A stretch of 64,000 nucleotides of DNA from Phaeosaccion multiseriatum (GCA_965112735.1 OZ218950.1:3410001-3474000), one strand, 5' to 3'. Shown: positions 33,277 to 45,618, counted from the first letter of the stretch. Program-made: numbers and translations. Notes: generated by a model not told the origin, from the sequence alone.

Positions 33277-35607
33277 ACACACACCCCTACACCCACCCCT
33301 CTCACCTGCAAAAAGCGACAATTCCGTCCAATGACCTTATCCACGGTATAGCCTGTCAGATCCAAAAAGCCTTGAGAGGCATACACGATTGGGTTGTCTG
33401 GCAGACTCGGGTCCGAAACCGTAAAGTTTTGCTGACTCTTCATGAGGGCGTGGAACAGCTGGAAGTCCGGCTCCAGCAGCAACCTCTTGGGCTGCGATCC
33501 TCCTCCGCCTTCTCCTCCCCCGCCATCAGCTTCCCCCCCCGCCTCCCTGGCTAGCTCCTGCTTTGCCCGCTCCACTTGCCCGCTGATGTCCAGTGCATCT
33601 TCGTTGATACACTTGCCCAGAATGTCGGGCGCCACCGTTGCCATGTTCTCCTGATAAGCGGCAGTGTGTGTGTGTGTGTGTGGGGGGGGGGGGGTGCACG
33701 GAGGACGGACGGGAGGGCAGCCGGGGACAGCAGGGAGCAATGATAGTTACGGGGGGGGAGGACAGAGGAGCGGTTACGCATGACACGCGCAAACACGCGT
33801 CTTGCCAAAGTATTTCCTACTGCATATGCATTGCAATGATGAGGAAAGGTGGTCCGCCCTGTCCCTTGCGCTGCGGATGAAAGTCAAGTCAAGTGAAGGG
33901 CCCCACCTTGACGCAAGAGCGGAGGTTCATGTTCTCCTTCCGGAGCATAAGCAGCTGCTCCTGCAGACACTCGAGCATAAACTTCTTGCGGATGCGCGAC
34001 CGTTTCGCGTGCTCTCGGTTCCGTTCCTGCGGTGCGTTAACACGACCGAAGCGGAGGGAGCGGGGGGGGGGGGGGGAAGCAGATGCGTTGGTGCGAAGAG
34101 ATAATGAACATGATCATCTCGCAATCTCTTAACGTCGCCCCTCAAACTCGCCAGTCCCATCCCATCTATGAGCCTGCTTGACGTTTCCATCCGACGTACG
34201 TCTCCCTCTCTAAGGACCTCCCCTGCATAGCATTCGAGCAACAACCCAAGGGCTACACAAGAGAGAGTGTGTGTGTGTGTGTGTGCAAGGAGCTTTGCTT
34301 CCATGCCCCTCAAAGAAAGACAAAAGCCACACACCATACACACCCTCGAGACACACACACACACAAGTATGTTTCGAGGACATTTTGACGACATTCGTAC
34401 ACAATTCTGAATGTCCACCAGTGCGCGGCGTGACCATGGCCCATCCAGCAGCTTCCCCTCGCCCCTCTCCCGCTCACTCACCCGTCTCTCCTGCTTTTGC
34501 TCCTCTGTCATCTCCTTCTTGCTCTCTGGTGGAGCCTTCCTTTTCCTCTCCATCATGGCAGCTACCTCTGCAGCCACCTCCTCCTTGGTTATGTCCCCCC
34601 CCCCTGACGCCGCCGCCATGTTCCCCAGTCCGCCCCTCCCCCCCGCGGGTGTCGGTATCTGCGGCTCACTTATCCCCATCATACCCCCCATCCCGAAAGA
34701 GGTGCCCAACGCGAGCTTCCCCGCTCCTGCACCCCCCATCAGCGCACCAAACGCCCCCAGGTCCTGCCCCCCCAGGTCCTGCGTAGCCGCTGCGTCACCC
34801 TCTTGTGCAGGAGCAGGCGGCAGGGGTTGAGTGGTCGCGGAGGCGCCCTCCTCGCCCTCTATTGTTGGCGCAGCTGACATCACTGCTTCTTCCTCTTCTC
34901 CTCCTCCTTCTCCTCCCCCTTCTCCTCCTCCTGCCCCCTCTGCCTCTGCTGCAGTAGTGTCCACGCCTGCGGTCAACAGCGCAAGATCAGCAAAAGAGTG
35001 TACTTTCGTCGCCGTTCTTGCCGCTTCCGCTCCCTCAGCCAGCGGAGCCGGCTCCATAAAGCCGTCTTCGTTGTTATCTCCATCGATTGTGAAGAAGCAG
35101 TCTAGAGTGTGAGAGAACAGACAGTTGCACGCATCGAGAGCAAATACAAGGAGAGGGAAAATAAGTGCGAGGCCAGAGTCAGGTCGCGACCAAAGCAACA
35201 GTGAACATCTTTCTGGGGAGAGGATGGCTGTCGCAGGATTCCTGGTCCACAGGTAAGCCACGAACAGGCAGTCAACAGAGTAAAGAGGCACGCGCGGCAC
35301 ACACATAGGAGCCCTCCTCCCGCCCCCCCCCCCCCCCCCACCCACCCCCGTCCCGCCGCGAAAGTAACCCGGTTCTCCACACGCACCTGAGAACATTTCA
35401 TCCAGGTCCACTGTCAAAAGTGCGGCAATGGACGGGAGCGGCGGCGGGCGGGCAGGTTAGAGCACAATGAGCACGTACTCTTTGGGAAGGACCAACGTAA
35501 GCGGAGCATGAACAGCAAGCAGGAAGAAACAACAAAACCGGCACACCGCTCTTACATTGGCCGTTCCCGTTCCCCGCCGACCCAAACACAGGCGCAACCA
35601 TATCCAT
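32247..35607 (-). CDS. AUREO: Aureochrome (bZIP + LOV blue-light-family transcription factor), about 8 exons
   Basis: N-terminal LDLDEMFSDCFF. bZIP: [31 protein letters not shown]: [37 protein letters not shown]|GPGTD..LLNYK|[17 protein letters not shown]. Confidence 0.96.
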
Positions 35608-36126
35608 CTCGAGGAACGGCTTCTAGCCCCCCCGCCCCTCTCTACGCCGACTGGCGACTACTGAAGTCACGGCCCAGCGTGGGGCACGCGCCACGCCTTG
35701 GCTCGGCCCTATGAGACTCCTAATGTCTGTTCGCAGGAGACGGAGCGAGGCACAGCGCGGGAGGCGATTAGACGAGAGCGAAGGACACGGCTCGACCCAG
35801 AAGAGTGTGACAAACGAAAAGAGAAAAAGGATGGGGGGGGGGCACCAGGAGAGGAGGAGAGGTATAACCACCACTCATTCTAAATGGGAGACAAATGAAG
35901 AGCCATCACCACAAGGCGCCCCAAGACCTCACCTCCTAGTCATTTTAACCCCTTCGCGACACACACACACACACACACACTCCGCGGCGTCTTTCAATTG
36001 ATGGCAAGATTTGTTCGAGCCCAGGGGTGGAGGTCGACTCTTGATTTTGCGCGGTTGGATGGCACCAGACGATTTATCAATATTCCATATTCCGCCCCCC
36101 TCTTTGCTCGCGGCCTGATTGTCCTC

Positions 36127-37101
36127 ATGCTGCTAGATGGAGGGGAGGTGGTGGACGGTGTGGCGCTGACAGGGCCCTTGCTCTGTAGTCTGCTGCACGA
36201 GGCGTCCATCACCGACAAGCGAGGAGCGCCCTTGTCGCGGATCGAGGGCCTGCTGTTTGGAGAGGTCAATCGCCGCACACTCAACGCCATCGGGGTAGGT
36301 AACGCGGGACTTGGGGGCGGATCGCTGGCTCGAGACGCCTCACGCCATACTGCTGCTTGTGCCTCAAACGCAGGACGCCCATGAAGGCCTGAAGACAATG
36401 CACCACGAGGTGCTTCTGGAGGGCTACTTGCGCACAGGCCGCGCCACTTCCTTCTACGACGCCTTCGGAGAGCTCAAGCCGGAGCAACTCGCCGCCCATG
36501 TCGGCTCCTCGGAGCACCGCGCGGGGCTGGCGGGCATGTTCGTGGTGCACATCGGGCGCGGGGGGGGCAATGGTGCGTTGGCTTTGGTGGGCATTACCTA
36601 CACGTTCGTTCGGGCTTGCGCTCACGTCTCCCTCCCCTTTTCAGGCGCGAATAATGACAACAACAACGGCAACAGCGACTGCAACGGCGGCAACGACATT
36701 ACCTTGAGGCCCACTCTGAGAGAGTATGCGGCGTACCGCTCGCTGCTGCACTCCCCTCACGCCCACCTCCCTCTGGTGCTCCTCATGGTGGGTGTGAGCC
36801 TTCGTCCGGGGGACAGCACACAAAAGTTTGAGCATCGCTGTCTGTACAAGGCTCGCGCAGAGGGGGGACAGCCGCTGCAGGTGGGTCGATATCAGCTTCT
36901 TTTTCACCTAGAATCTGTTGTCCTCGGGGGGGGGTGCTTGGTCGATTTAAGTTTTAGTCGTAGTTTGCTCACCAGTCCCCCCCCCCTCCTTCCTTCTAGG
37001 CCCTGCCCTGTAGAGTCAAGAATGTGGTGCATGACTCCCAAGCAGAGTACGATGCTTTCCGCCCAGTGCCTTTGCCTCTCGTGCAGCATCAGCAGCAGCA
37101 T

Positions 37102-37136
<35 letters not shown>

Positions 37137-37509
37137 GCAGCAGGGGGGGGAGGAGGAGGAGGAGGAGGAGGAAGGGGAAGAGGAGGAGGGCTTGTCGGAG
37201 CAGGAGCGGCTCGGGGCCCAGGTGGGGAAGATCGGGGACATGTGGGATGCCACCCCTCCCCTGCATGTGCAGGGGCAGGAGGCCCTTTTCGACCTCTCAA
37301 TGACCGCTCTGCAGAGCCTCGTCAAGAGCATACAAAACGAGGTGGGTTCAACACAAGAAGGGTGTAGGGGTGTGGGAGAAGCAGCCACTTCGACCTGTGC
37401 GCCTTCGTTGCCTCATCTAGCCCCTCCCATCCCCCCGCAGGAGGTCGAAATCGGGCGGCTGAGGCTGGAGAGGTCCTGCTTGGAAGATGCTTTGCGGGAG
37501 AAGGGCTGA
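36127..37509 (+). CDS. Abraxas/ABRO1 (FAM175)-like MPN- domain protein (exons ~36127-36295, 36374-36880, 37000-37341, 37441-37509; alternative start 36001)
   Basis: LTGPLLCSL, EGLLFGEV, SFYDAFGEL, RPTLRE, PLVLLMV and STQKFEHRCL parallel the Abraxas motifs EGFLLGEV, SFYN..GEV, TFRE and STHRLEH. There is a C-terminal coiled coil. Confidence 0.75.
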
Positions 37510-38052
37510 GCTTCCCATGCCTCTCTGCTTGGTTTGGGTATCGTATCCCATTAAGGGATCCGGTAGGGGTGTCCTCGCAGGCGGCCCACAGGGAGCCCCC
37601 ACTCCCCCCCCCCGCCTCGAGTCGCATATGAACTGCGGGAATGGGACGGGACGGGCCACAGCTCAGACAGCATGAACAGCAACCAGCATTAGCTGTTTGT
37701 TCCACTTGCTTGGCAGGCTCAGCGGGGGGGGGCTTTGCTTGGTGCAGGCAGACCTCCTTGGCGGGGCTGGGCATGTTGCTCACTCGGGAGCTCTGAAGCT
37801 GCTCCGTCTGAACCTGCTCCGAGCATGTACAACTGTAGAGGGAGAGTCGTCGCTCAGATCGGTAGGCTCATAACATACGAAGCTGGTGGTTGATGCCCCA
37901 CCGCGCCCTGTGGATGGAGGCGCCCGCCCTGTTTCGGGATAGGAGAGAGAGATTCCTTCGACCCCTAACGTGCCCCGTATTCTCGGTAGCCACTGTCGGT
38001 AGAAGGAGGAAGAAGAAAGGAGGGGAAGGAGGGGAAAAAAGAAAAAAGGATA

Positions 38053-38427
38053 CTGTGATTTCGCGGTTGAGTGGCACTTTTTACGCCCAATTACGCCCCA
38101 TTAATTTTTTTTTACGCCATATGACGACTTTTTTGACGACGTTTGACGACGTTTGACGACGCTTTAGCCCCCTATTTGACGCCCTTTTACGCCCCTTTAC
38201 GCCCTTTTACGCTCTTTGACGCCCTTTTATCTTAATTCGCCTTAATTTCGTCTATAAAAAATCACGTAAAAAAAAATCACGGAAGAGGGCGTAAAAGGGC
38301 GTAAAAGGGCGTAAAAGGGCGTAAAAGGGCGTCAAATAGGGGGCTAAAGCGTCGTAAAACGTCGTAAAACGTCGTAAAACAAGTCGTCATTTGGCGTAAA
38401 AAGTGCCACTCAACCGCGAAATCACAG
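38053..38427. mobile_element. Non-autonomous foldback/MITE element with long terminal inverted repeats and TA target-site duplication
   Basis: TA|CTGTGATTTCGCGGTTGAGTGGCACTTTTTACGCC ... GGCGTAAAAAGTGCCACTCAACCGCGAAATCACAG|TA gives a 35-bp perfect TIR. The inner arms are also inverted, and the element is AT-rich relative to its surroundings. Confidence 0.9.
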
Positions 38428-39334
38428 TATGCGATTTGTCAGTTTCAGTTTTTTTTTAAATCGATGTCTTCTACTTTTTTTCCCTCCCTCCCACCTGGTG
38501 CTTGCTTCTGGATATTAGTCCCTCCTCTCCATTCCTTCCTGTTCTGTGTGAGGAGAAGCACCACCAAGACAAGTAGTAGGAGGCTGTAGCCAAAAACTAC
38601 CATCGCAGCAGTAGCGCCGAAACAGCGCGGATCGCCAGGCCACCGCCGGCTAGCAGGTGAGCTGAGAGAGGGACCCAAGGTTCAAGGGTTAGGGGAAACA
38701 AATGCCAATCCGACAGGACCTTTTGCTCTGAAAGGATGTCACGTGCTTGAGACGAGGGTGGGGTTTTCTTGTAGTGTGTCCTTGATGGGGGGCAGGGGAA
38801 GGAAGGTGAATTTGAAGAATTGTTATGTGCGGGAGTTTTCGGGGTCGAGCGGGTCAGCCGCGGGGAGGGATGTAGGCGTGAGGGGGGGAGCAGAGAGGAG
38901 GAGGCGAAAGCCTCGCAGGGAGAAGCAGCTTTAACCAGCTCGTACTGCCCTCTGCGATCTCTGCCTCGCCTGTAAACGAAGGATTCCGGTGTGGAAGGGA
39001 AAGAGAGCGGGTACCGTTCCCCGTGTCACGCGGGAGCCCCGCTTCAAGCAAACGCGGACAGTCCTGACGCTGGTGTTTACGCAATCGTTTTGCTTTGAAT
39101 TCTCACACCCTTCAAACCCTCTTTGTTCTCGTCCTTGTTTCTCTTTTCCTCAAGGCACCCGGTCACGGTACTCTTATGTTATTTTTGAGGATGCTCCGTG
39201 AGCCTCATTGAGGGTCAGGGGGTGGGCATTTCTGCTTGCTCCTGTAGTGAAAGAGGAGTAGGAGTAGTAATAGCAGCAGCAGCTTGTGGTGGGGTCCGCG
39301 CAGCTTTCCTCGTTGAAGGAAAGCGAGCGTCACC

Positions 39335-42300
39335 ATGGGGAATGGCATGAGCGACTTCGGGACCAAGTCCCCCTTCCGAAAGAAGTCCATCAACAGGGAG
39401 CTTGAGCGGTACTGCAAGCCAAACGGGTACGTTCATGAGGGAGGGGGGGGAAGGAGTAGAGCCTGCACGGCTTCTTCAGATCAGGGTACAGAGGATCGGT
39501 GGAGGTAGTAGTGGATAGTGGACAGGTCACGTGGACCTGTGGGACCCATCTCTCGCCCTTGCACACTTAAGGCACAGCTTGGCAGTGGACAAATATCGAA
39601 GCGCTCCTTTGTCTTGGTGGGGTTGCGACAAGTTCTGTTCCTCCCGGCGCCCCCCTTACTATCCATCTCTCATGCCTATCCTTCACGCACATGTGGTCAC
39701 ACAGGCTGTACGACTCTTGCCCGTACGACGAGAAAACTGTGCGCAAGTGGATTCTGGACGGCAAGGTGGCTCCCCGCTACCACGGGACGGACCGTAACAA
39801 CCAAGCCACAAGTTTGGATGTGTCGGATGCCAGCACCAGTGTCGAGGGCTCGTCGTCAGCTGCCGCTGGAGCAGCCGCAAGCAACTTCGACGGCAGCAGT
39901 CATCAGGGGCGTGCGAGCATCAGTAGCAGCAGCAGCACCCCCACCGCCCCGCCCTCCTCTTCTTTGTGCGGGACTGAAGAGTGCCCCATTTGCTTCATGA
40001 ACTACGAGGGCGTCAACACGACCACCTGCTGCGGCAAGCCGCTGTGTACGGAGTGCTTCCTGCAGTGCAAGCCGCCCCGAGCCGCGGTGAGTGTGTGTGT
40101 GTGAGAGAGAGAGAGAGAGTCAGGGGAAGTGATGCGTATGATGCTTACATGGGTTGGGGGATGGGGGGGGGGGGTAGACGGCGCGTCTCTGTTTTCGGTG
40201 TTTTTCTTGGCAAAATAGAACTTGTTTTTCTCTTGACGTTGAGTCTCTGAAATTGGACGCGACGGTGAGCAGATTTCTTGTGCAAGCAGCACCGGAGTGC
40301 CACCTGCCCCCCTCCATCCTTGCACCGCTTCTTCTTGTCCACCCTGCAACTCAAGTCGCGTATTTGTTGTATTGGGGTTTGCTTTGCTTTGCGTGCAGGT
40401 GACGTGTCCGTTCTGCAACAGCAGCCGCTTCAACGTCCAGTACTTGGGCAAGATGTCTCCAGAGGATCGGGAGAGGAAGGAGATGGAGGAGCAGAGGGTT
40501 ATTGAGGCCACCATTCGAGCGCGGGTCAGTCATTCAGTCTGTCAGTCAGTCAGGCAGGCAGGCAGTGCGTGTCAAGTCGAGGTGGCCTGCGAAATACGCC
40601 ATGCGTCTGGGACTGCTCATCCTTTGCTCCCCCAAAAGGGCGGGTGGGGCTGTTTCGGGCTTGCCTCCCTGCCGGTCACTGACTGTATCAAAGCAAGTAG
40701 AGTGGAGTGTTGGTTGGTGTGTACTTACGTGTTGCTTTCCCTCCCCGTCCACCCGCGTGTGTTCGTGTTGGCAGGTGGAGCATGCAAAGGTCCTGGACGA
40801 GGAGAGGCAGAAGCGACGGAACACCGATGCTAACCAAGACGTGGAGGAAGGGGAGGGTGGCACGAATGGTAGTAGTACCAACAACAACGACGCTGGAGCA
40901 GGAGCAGGCGCTGGTGCTGCTGCAGCGAGCGACGGCGCTGGGGGCGACGGCCTGAGCAGCAGCGGCACAGAGGCAGGAGGCAGTGGGGAAATAAGAAGCA
41001 GGGCAACAAGTGGTGCCGTGACATTCGCGACCGTGGCGGAGCGCCGGAGGATGGAAGAGGAGCTTCGCAGGCTCCAGTGTACGCCTACGCGAAGTCCCCG
41101 AGGGGGCAACGCGAGTCGGCGGTCCTTCTCAGCGGGAGACGAAACCGAAGCCGGAGGATCTCGGAGCGGAGCCGGAGGGGCAGCAGCGGCGAGTACTAGG
41201 AGGGGCAGCAGCGGCGCGGCGGGGGGGAGAGGGAGGGGGCGGCGTAGAGTGCCGGGGGGGGGCGTTCCGAGTGATTTCGACGGAACGTTGTCCGAATTGG
41301 CAGTGTTGCTCATGGGCGGGGGAGTCGGAGGAGAGGGTGGTGCGGAGGCAGATGGAAGCGGTGGAGAAGGAGGCTCGGGGACGGGCAGCAGACGGGCCTT
41401 TGTTGGAGATGGCGATGGTGCCATCTCACAAGTGGAGAACCTCATGTTGATGGAGGCCATGCGGCTGTCGGTCATGGACGAGCAGCGCCGGCTAGAGAAG
41501 GAAGTCAGGGGAGAGGCGGATGGCGGGGCGACTGCCACAGCTGAAGAAGCAGGAGGGGTCGCAGGTGCTGCTTCTGTTGCTCCTGATGGGGGAGGGGCCA
41601 GGGTGGGGATACCACCATTAGCGGCAGCGGGGGCAGCAGCAGCGGTAGAAGAAGGAGAAGCAGATAGGAAAATAGGGGCCGCGAAGGCCACGCCAGCTTC
41701 GGGTGCTGCTGGTGCTACTGCTGCTGACACAAGTCCCTCACAGGCCGCAAAGGCAAAAGCAGCGGTGGACATCCAGGGGGGCGCTGCAGCTTTTTCTCCA
41801 GGGGTTAAGGCAGAAGGGCAGCGTGAAGACACCAAAGTCGGTGCCCCTGCTGCCCCTGCTGTCGCTGGTGCTGTTGGGGCTGCTGCTGGTGCTGCTGTTG
41901 GTGGCGGTGCTGCGGCTGCAGCCGCTGGTGGTGGCGGTGGAGAGTGCGCCGATGGTGGTGGGGAGCAACAATCCGGAGGGGAACCCTCCAGAGAACTTCC
42001 GTACGAGGTTCCAGACAGCTACGAAGCTCAGATGAACTTGGCCATTGCGTTGAGCCTGAGGAGCGCCGCAGGAGAGGCCGACAAATCTCAGTACCCAACG
42101 GAGGAGAGAGGGGCGAAGGGGCCACTGATAGCGGCAGTAGAAGCAGCAGCAGGGGGAGGAGGAAAAGCATCAGCGGCAGCAGGAGGAGGAGGAGCAGGAG
42201 GAGCAACAGCAGCAGTAGGAGGAGGAGGAGGGGGAGATGGGCATCCCCTCGAGGATGACCGGAAAATGCCTGCCCCGACGACTGTGTCAGCAGCAGCTCC

Positions 42301-42787
42301 CACGTCACTGCCTTCGCCTCCTGACAGGAAGCCTTCCCCAGAGGAGGCCGCGACGGCGGCAGCATCGGCACGCGAGAACGAGGATGTGCTTGACAACGTT
42401 TATCTTGCCTCGGATGGCGGCAGTCCTACTCCTCCTTCTGCTACTGCTGTTATTACTACTACTGCAACTACTGGTGGTGGTGCTGCGGCTAGTGCTGACA
42501 TCAGGAGACACGGTGGTGAAGGCGAAGCAAGTAGCCTGGATGGAAAGCTGCCCCCACAAGCGGGAGAAGGAGAGAGCGGTGAAGGCGCCGGAGCACTTGT
42601 TGCACCGCCTGCTGGTAACGGGGGCGCTCATGTAAGCTTGAGCTTGAGGGAGGAAGGAGCACAAGCAGCAAGTCCTGTCCCTCCGATGGCGGCCATGGCT
42701 GCCGGCTCCCCTGCTGCGGCCGGGGGGGCGGACGTCGGTGCCCTCCCAACCACGGCAGGGACGGAGAAAGAACAAGAGGAGAGGTGA
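39335..42787 (+). CDS. GW2/DA2/Sip5-type RING E3 ubiquitin ligase (exons ~39335-39426, ~39705-40086, 40399-40524, 40775-42787)
   Basis: MGN start; RYCKPNGLY...D.K.VRKWILDGKVAPRYHG; ECPICF..Y..VN.T.CC.K.LCTECFLQ...CPFC; EEQRVIEA.IR.R; ENLMLMEAMRLS; UIM-like SYEAQMNLAIALSL. Confidence 0.88.
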
Positions 42788-43018
42788 AGGAAAGTGCAAT
42801 CACACAAGGAACTCAGACGCTGGTTGCGATCATTGTATGACCGGAGCAGCGGAGGAGGCATGTGAAATGCAAGGGGGGACGAACCTCCTTTAATCCGCCT
42901 ACACACACGCATGTACATATTCCTGGCGCTCAGGCGACGCTCAGCTGTTTTTCCATTTATATACTATCAACTGTATGCTATTCTTGCTCACTGTTGAAGG
43001 GACCGATTACCCTTGACC

Positions 43019-43900
43019 TCATCGGGCCAGGGCCTGGCACAGCCTTTGCTCCAGAGAGTCGAGCACGAAGCGCTCATTTTGCCGCTCCATCAATGCCGTC
43101 ACGTGATGATGGTGCCGCTTTACTGGCTCTCGGTCGTAGTAGTTGAGTTGCTTCAAGGATGAAGGAAGCAACGACGAGGTCTCCAGCTGCTCCACGCATT
43201 TGATTCGGAGGTACTTCAGGACCCTCTCCTCCTCTGGCGGTTCGTACCGTCCGCGTGGGAGAGCTGAGGCGAACGCGCTCTGCTGAAAACGAACACGTGA
43301 GTCTGCTCCCGTTCCTCCCCACTTCGCCTCGTCCTTGACCTTCTCTAACAAGAGCGTTCTATCGATGATCTCAATATCCGCCTTGACGAGACCCTCCGCC
43401 AAACCTGCTACCGTTACGGCATCGCGGAGTTGCGGTAATAGCCCCTCGTGACGGGACCTTCTCTGGGGAGGAGGGTACAAGGAGTAAAGTGCCGAGAACG
43501 GGCCATATTGCTGCTCCTGCTGCTGTTGTGACTGTGTCACCTTTTCAAGGAGCTTGACAACGTGTGCTTGGGAATCGTCGAGCGCTTGGAGGTGTTTAGA
43601 GACGCTTAAGGCGGTGGCCTCGAGCCTACTCGCCCCTTTTGAGCCTCTTGGCTCTTGCATCCGCCGCTGCTCTTGCAACTGAAGGTCTTGCTTCTCTTTT
43701 AACAGCGCCTGAAGATCTTTTTTGGTGAGGAATCCTTCGCTATTGCTGTGTTTTTGGAATAGCCTCCCGGCCAGAAAGTCGTCGTCTTGCTCCAGTTTTG
43801 TTGTTGGGACAGGGGATTCGTCCGCGGCTCCACTCGAGCTGCTGCTTCTCCTAGAATGCTTGCTCTTCCTACTGCTCCCGTGCTTCTTCTTCGAGGGCAT
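43019..43900 (-). CDS. Hypothetical 293-aa single-exon protein with a basic N-terminus
   Basis: ATG-initiated ORF of normal complexity, placed tail-to-tail with the RING gene and head-to-head with the ARH gene. No family recognised. Confidence 0.6.
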   Translation of the reverse strand: MPSKKKHGSSRKSKHSRRSSSSSGAADESPVPTTKLEQDDDFLAGRLFQKHSNSEGFLTKKDLQALLKEKQDLQLQEQRRMQEPRGSKGASRLEATALSVSKHLQALDDSQAHVVKLLEKVTQSQQQQEQQYGPFSALYSLYPPPQRRSRHEGLLPQLRDAVTVAGLAEGLVKADIEIIDRTLLLEKVKDEAKWGGTGADSRVRFQQSAFASALPRGRYEPPEEERVLKYLRIKCVEQLETSSLLPSSLKQLNYYDREPVKRHHHHVTALMERQNERFVLDSLEQRLCQALAR

Positions 43901-44015
43901 GAGACCGTAATAATACGGTTACGGCGTCGACGCGTCGTCCTCGCGTGTTGGTGCTCAAAGCGATCACAATTGGCAACTTCTCTTACTAATAAATTCTCCT
44001 CTTCCCCTTCGCAAG

Positions 44016-45310
44016 ATGAGCCAGCTTGCCACCTCTCTCCTCGGAGCGTTGGTGGCCGACGCGGCGAGCCTCGGTCTGCACTGGCTGTATGATGTTGGGC
44101 GGATTGCCGAGGTCGTGGCACGGGAGGGCAAGGTGAGTAAGGGATTCAATCGGCGTGTCCACTCCAAATGGTGGGGTGGGCATAGTGAGTTATGATGCGA
44201 GAGGGAGGGGAGTGATCCGTGCTCTATGTCCTTTTTGTTTTAAAACATTTGCGGCTCCTTCCTTCCCTCTCGCCCTGGCAGGTGGCATTCATTCCTCCGG
44301 CCCAATCGAATTTTGACGGTGCCATGGCCTACTTTGCTCACGGAGCGAAAAACAACGGAGATCTGTCCCATCACGGAGAGATGCTCCGACTGACCATTCA
44401 GAGCATAATTAAATCGGAGGGAGGAGTCTTCGACGCAGCGGCCTATCAAAAGGATTTCTCCGCCCATTTCGGCCCAGGTACGCATCGTGAGAAGCATCCA
44501 TCTCTCTCCCCTCTCTCTGCCTACATGTCACTCTATCCCCTCTTTCTCTACACCACACATAAGAACGAGGTCCACCTTCCTTCTCTTCGTTTCATGAACC
44601 CGTCAACTCCCCTCTTTCTCTCTCTCCTGACTTGAATCGAGCCAGGTGGAGCATACCACGGGTACATTGACCATGCCATGCGCGGCACGCTTGCGAAAAT
44701 CGCCGCAGAGCAGCTGGAGCCTTCAGGGGTGGACGACGGACAGACAGCAGCCATTGCGCGTTTACCAGCCATCGTAACCATGGGAGGCAGCGCTGAGGCA
44801 ATCCAATCAGTCATCGAAGTCACAAACGTCAGTCGGGATGCGACTCTGTACGGCGCCGTCGTAGCAGATCTCCTGCGCCGTACTTACGCGGGCGAAGGTG
44901 TGCGCGAAGCCCTACATGCGTGCACGGAGGCCGCTGCTGACGGTGACATCAGATCCAAGCTCCAGGACGCGCTCACCACCTCAGAGCAAAGCTCAGTCAA
45001 GTACGGTGAACAGGTGGGACGTGCCTGCAACCTCGACATGGCGGTGCCCCTCGCTTTCCACATCCTCCGAGACGCTCCCGACTACAAGACCGCGATAGAG
45101 CGCAACATTCTGGCAGGAGGGGATTCCTCAGGCAGGGCCACGCTCATCGGCGCAGTGGCCAGCGCGGGGGCAGGTGGTAAAGTCGGTGGAGCCAAGGGGA
45201 TCCCCTTGGAGTGGGTCCTGTCCATGACCCACGGGGCGGAAATCTGGGCGGAGTGCCAGGCCCTGGTCGGGCAGCGCGTGTGCGACTCGGGAGAAGCGGT
45301 TGGTTCGTAA
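44016..45310 (+). CDS. ADP-ribosylglycohydrolase family protein (crystallin J1/SelJ-like clade); exons 44016-44132, 44282-44477, 44646-45310
   Basis: LLGALVADAASLGLHWLYD, GDLSHHGE, FGPGG.YHGYID and NILAGGDSSGRATLIGAV. Confidence 0.9.
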
Positions 45311-45618
45311 CGTTTCTTTCTTATCGTTTTACTGCTACATGGTATATATATTGCACAAAATTTTTGACCTAACGAATGGTACAGCAGGACCCTTTGCATG
45401 TGTGTCCTCTGCTGCTGATGAGCTGAGGATGACACACTTTAAAATTTAATTTACTAAAGAATTAAAAAAAAACGAGCAAATGAAATATTTTTTTTCCCCC
45501 TCTGGCTCTCCCTCCACTTTTCGTGTGCCTATTGTTTGGTACCGCAGGGGTGCCGCAGTACCAACACATATGTACAAGGCAGCCTCTGTCGTATGTGTGC
45601 GTGCCTTCCTTCTTGCCT

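Noticed and set aside
38120-38395. CRISPR-like array or aureochrome-binding cluster in the short repeats
   Set aside because: There are no unique spacers, and the repeats are the mirrored arms of the MITE. Several TGACG half-sites occur but not the full TGACGT aureochrome site.
40546-41835. 429-aa minus-strand ORF
   Set aside because: Antisense shadow of the Gly/Ala-rich last exon of the RING gene.
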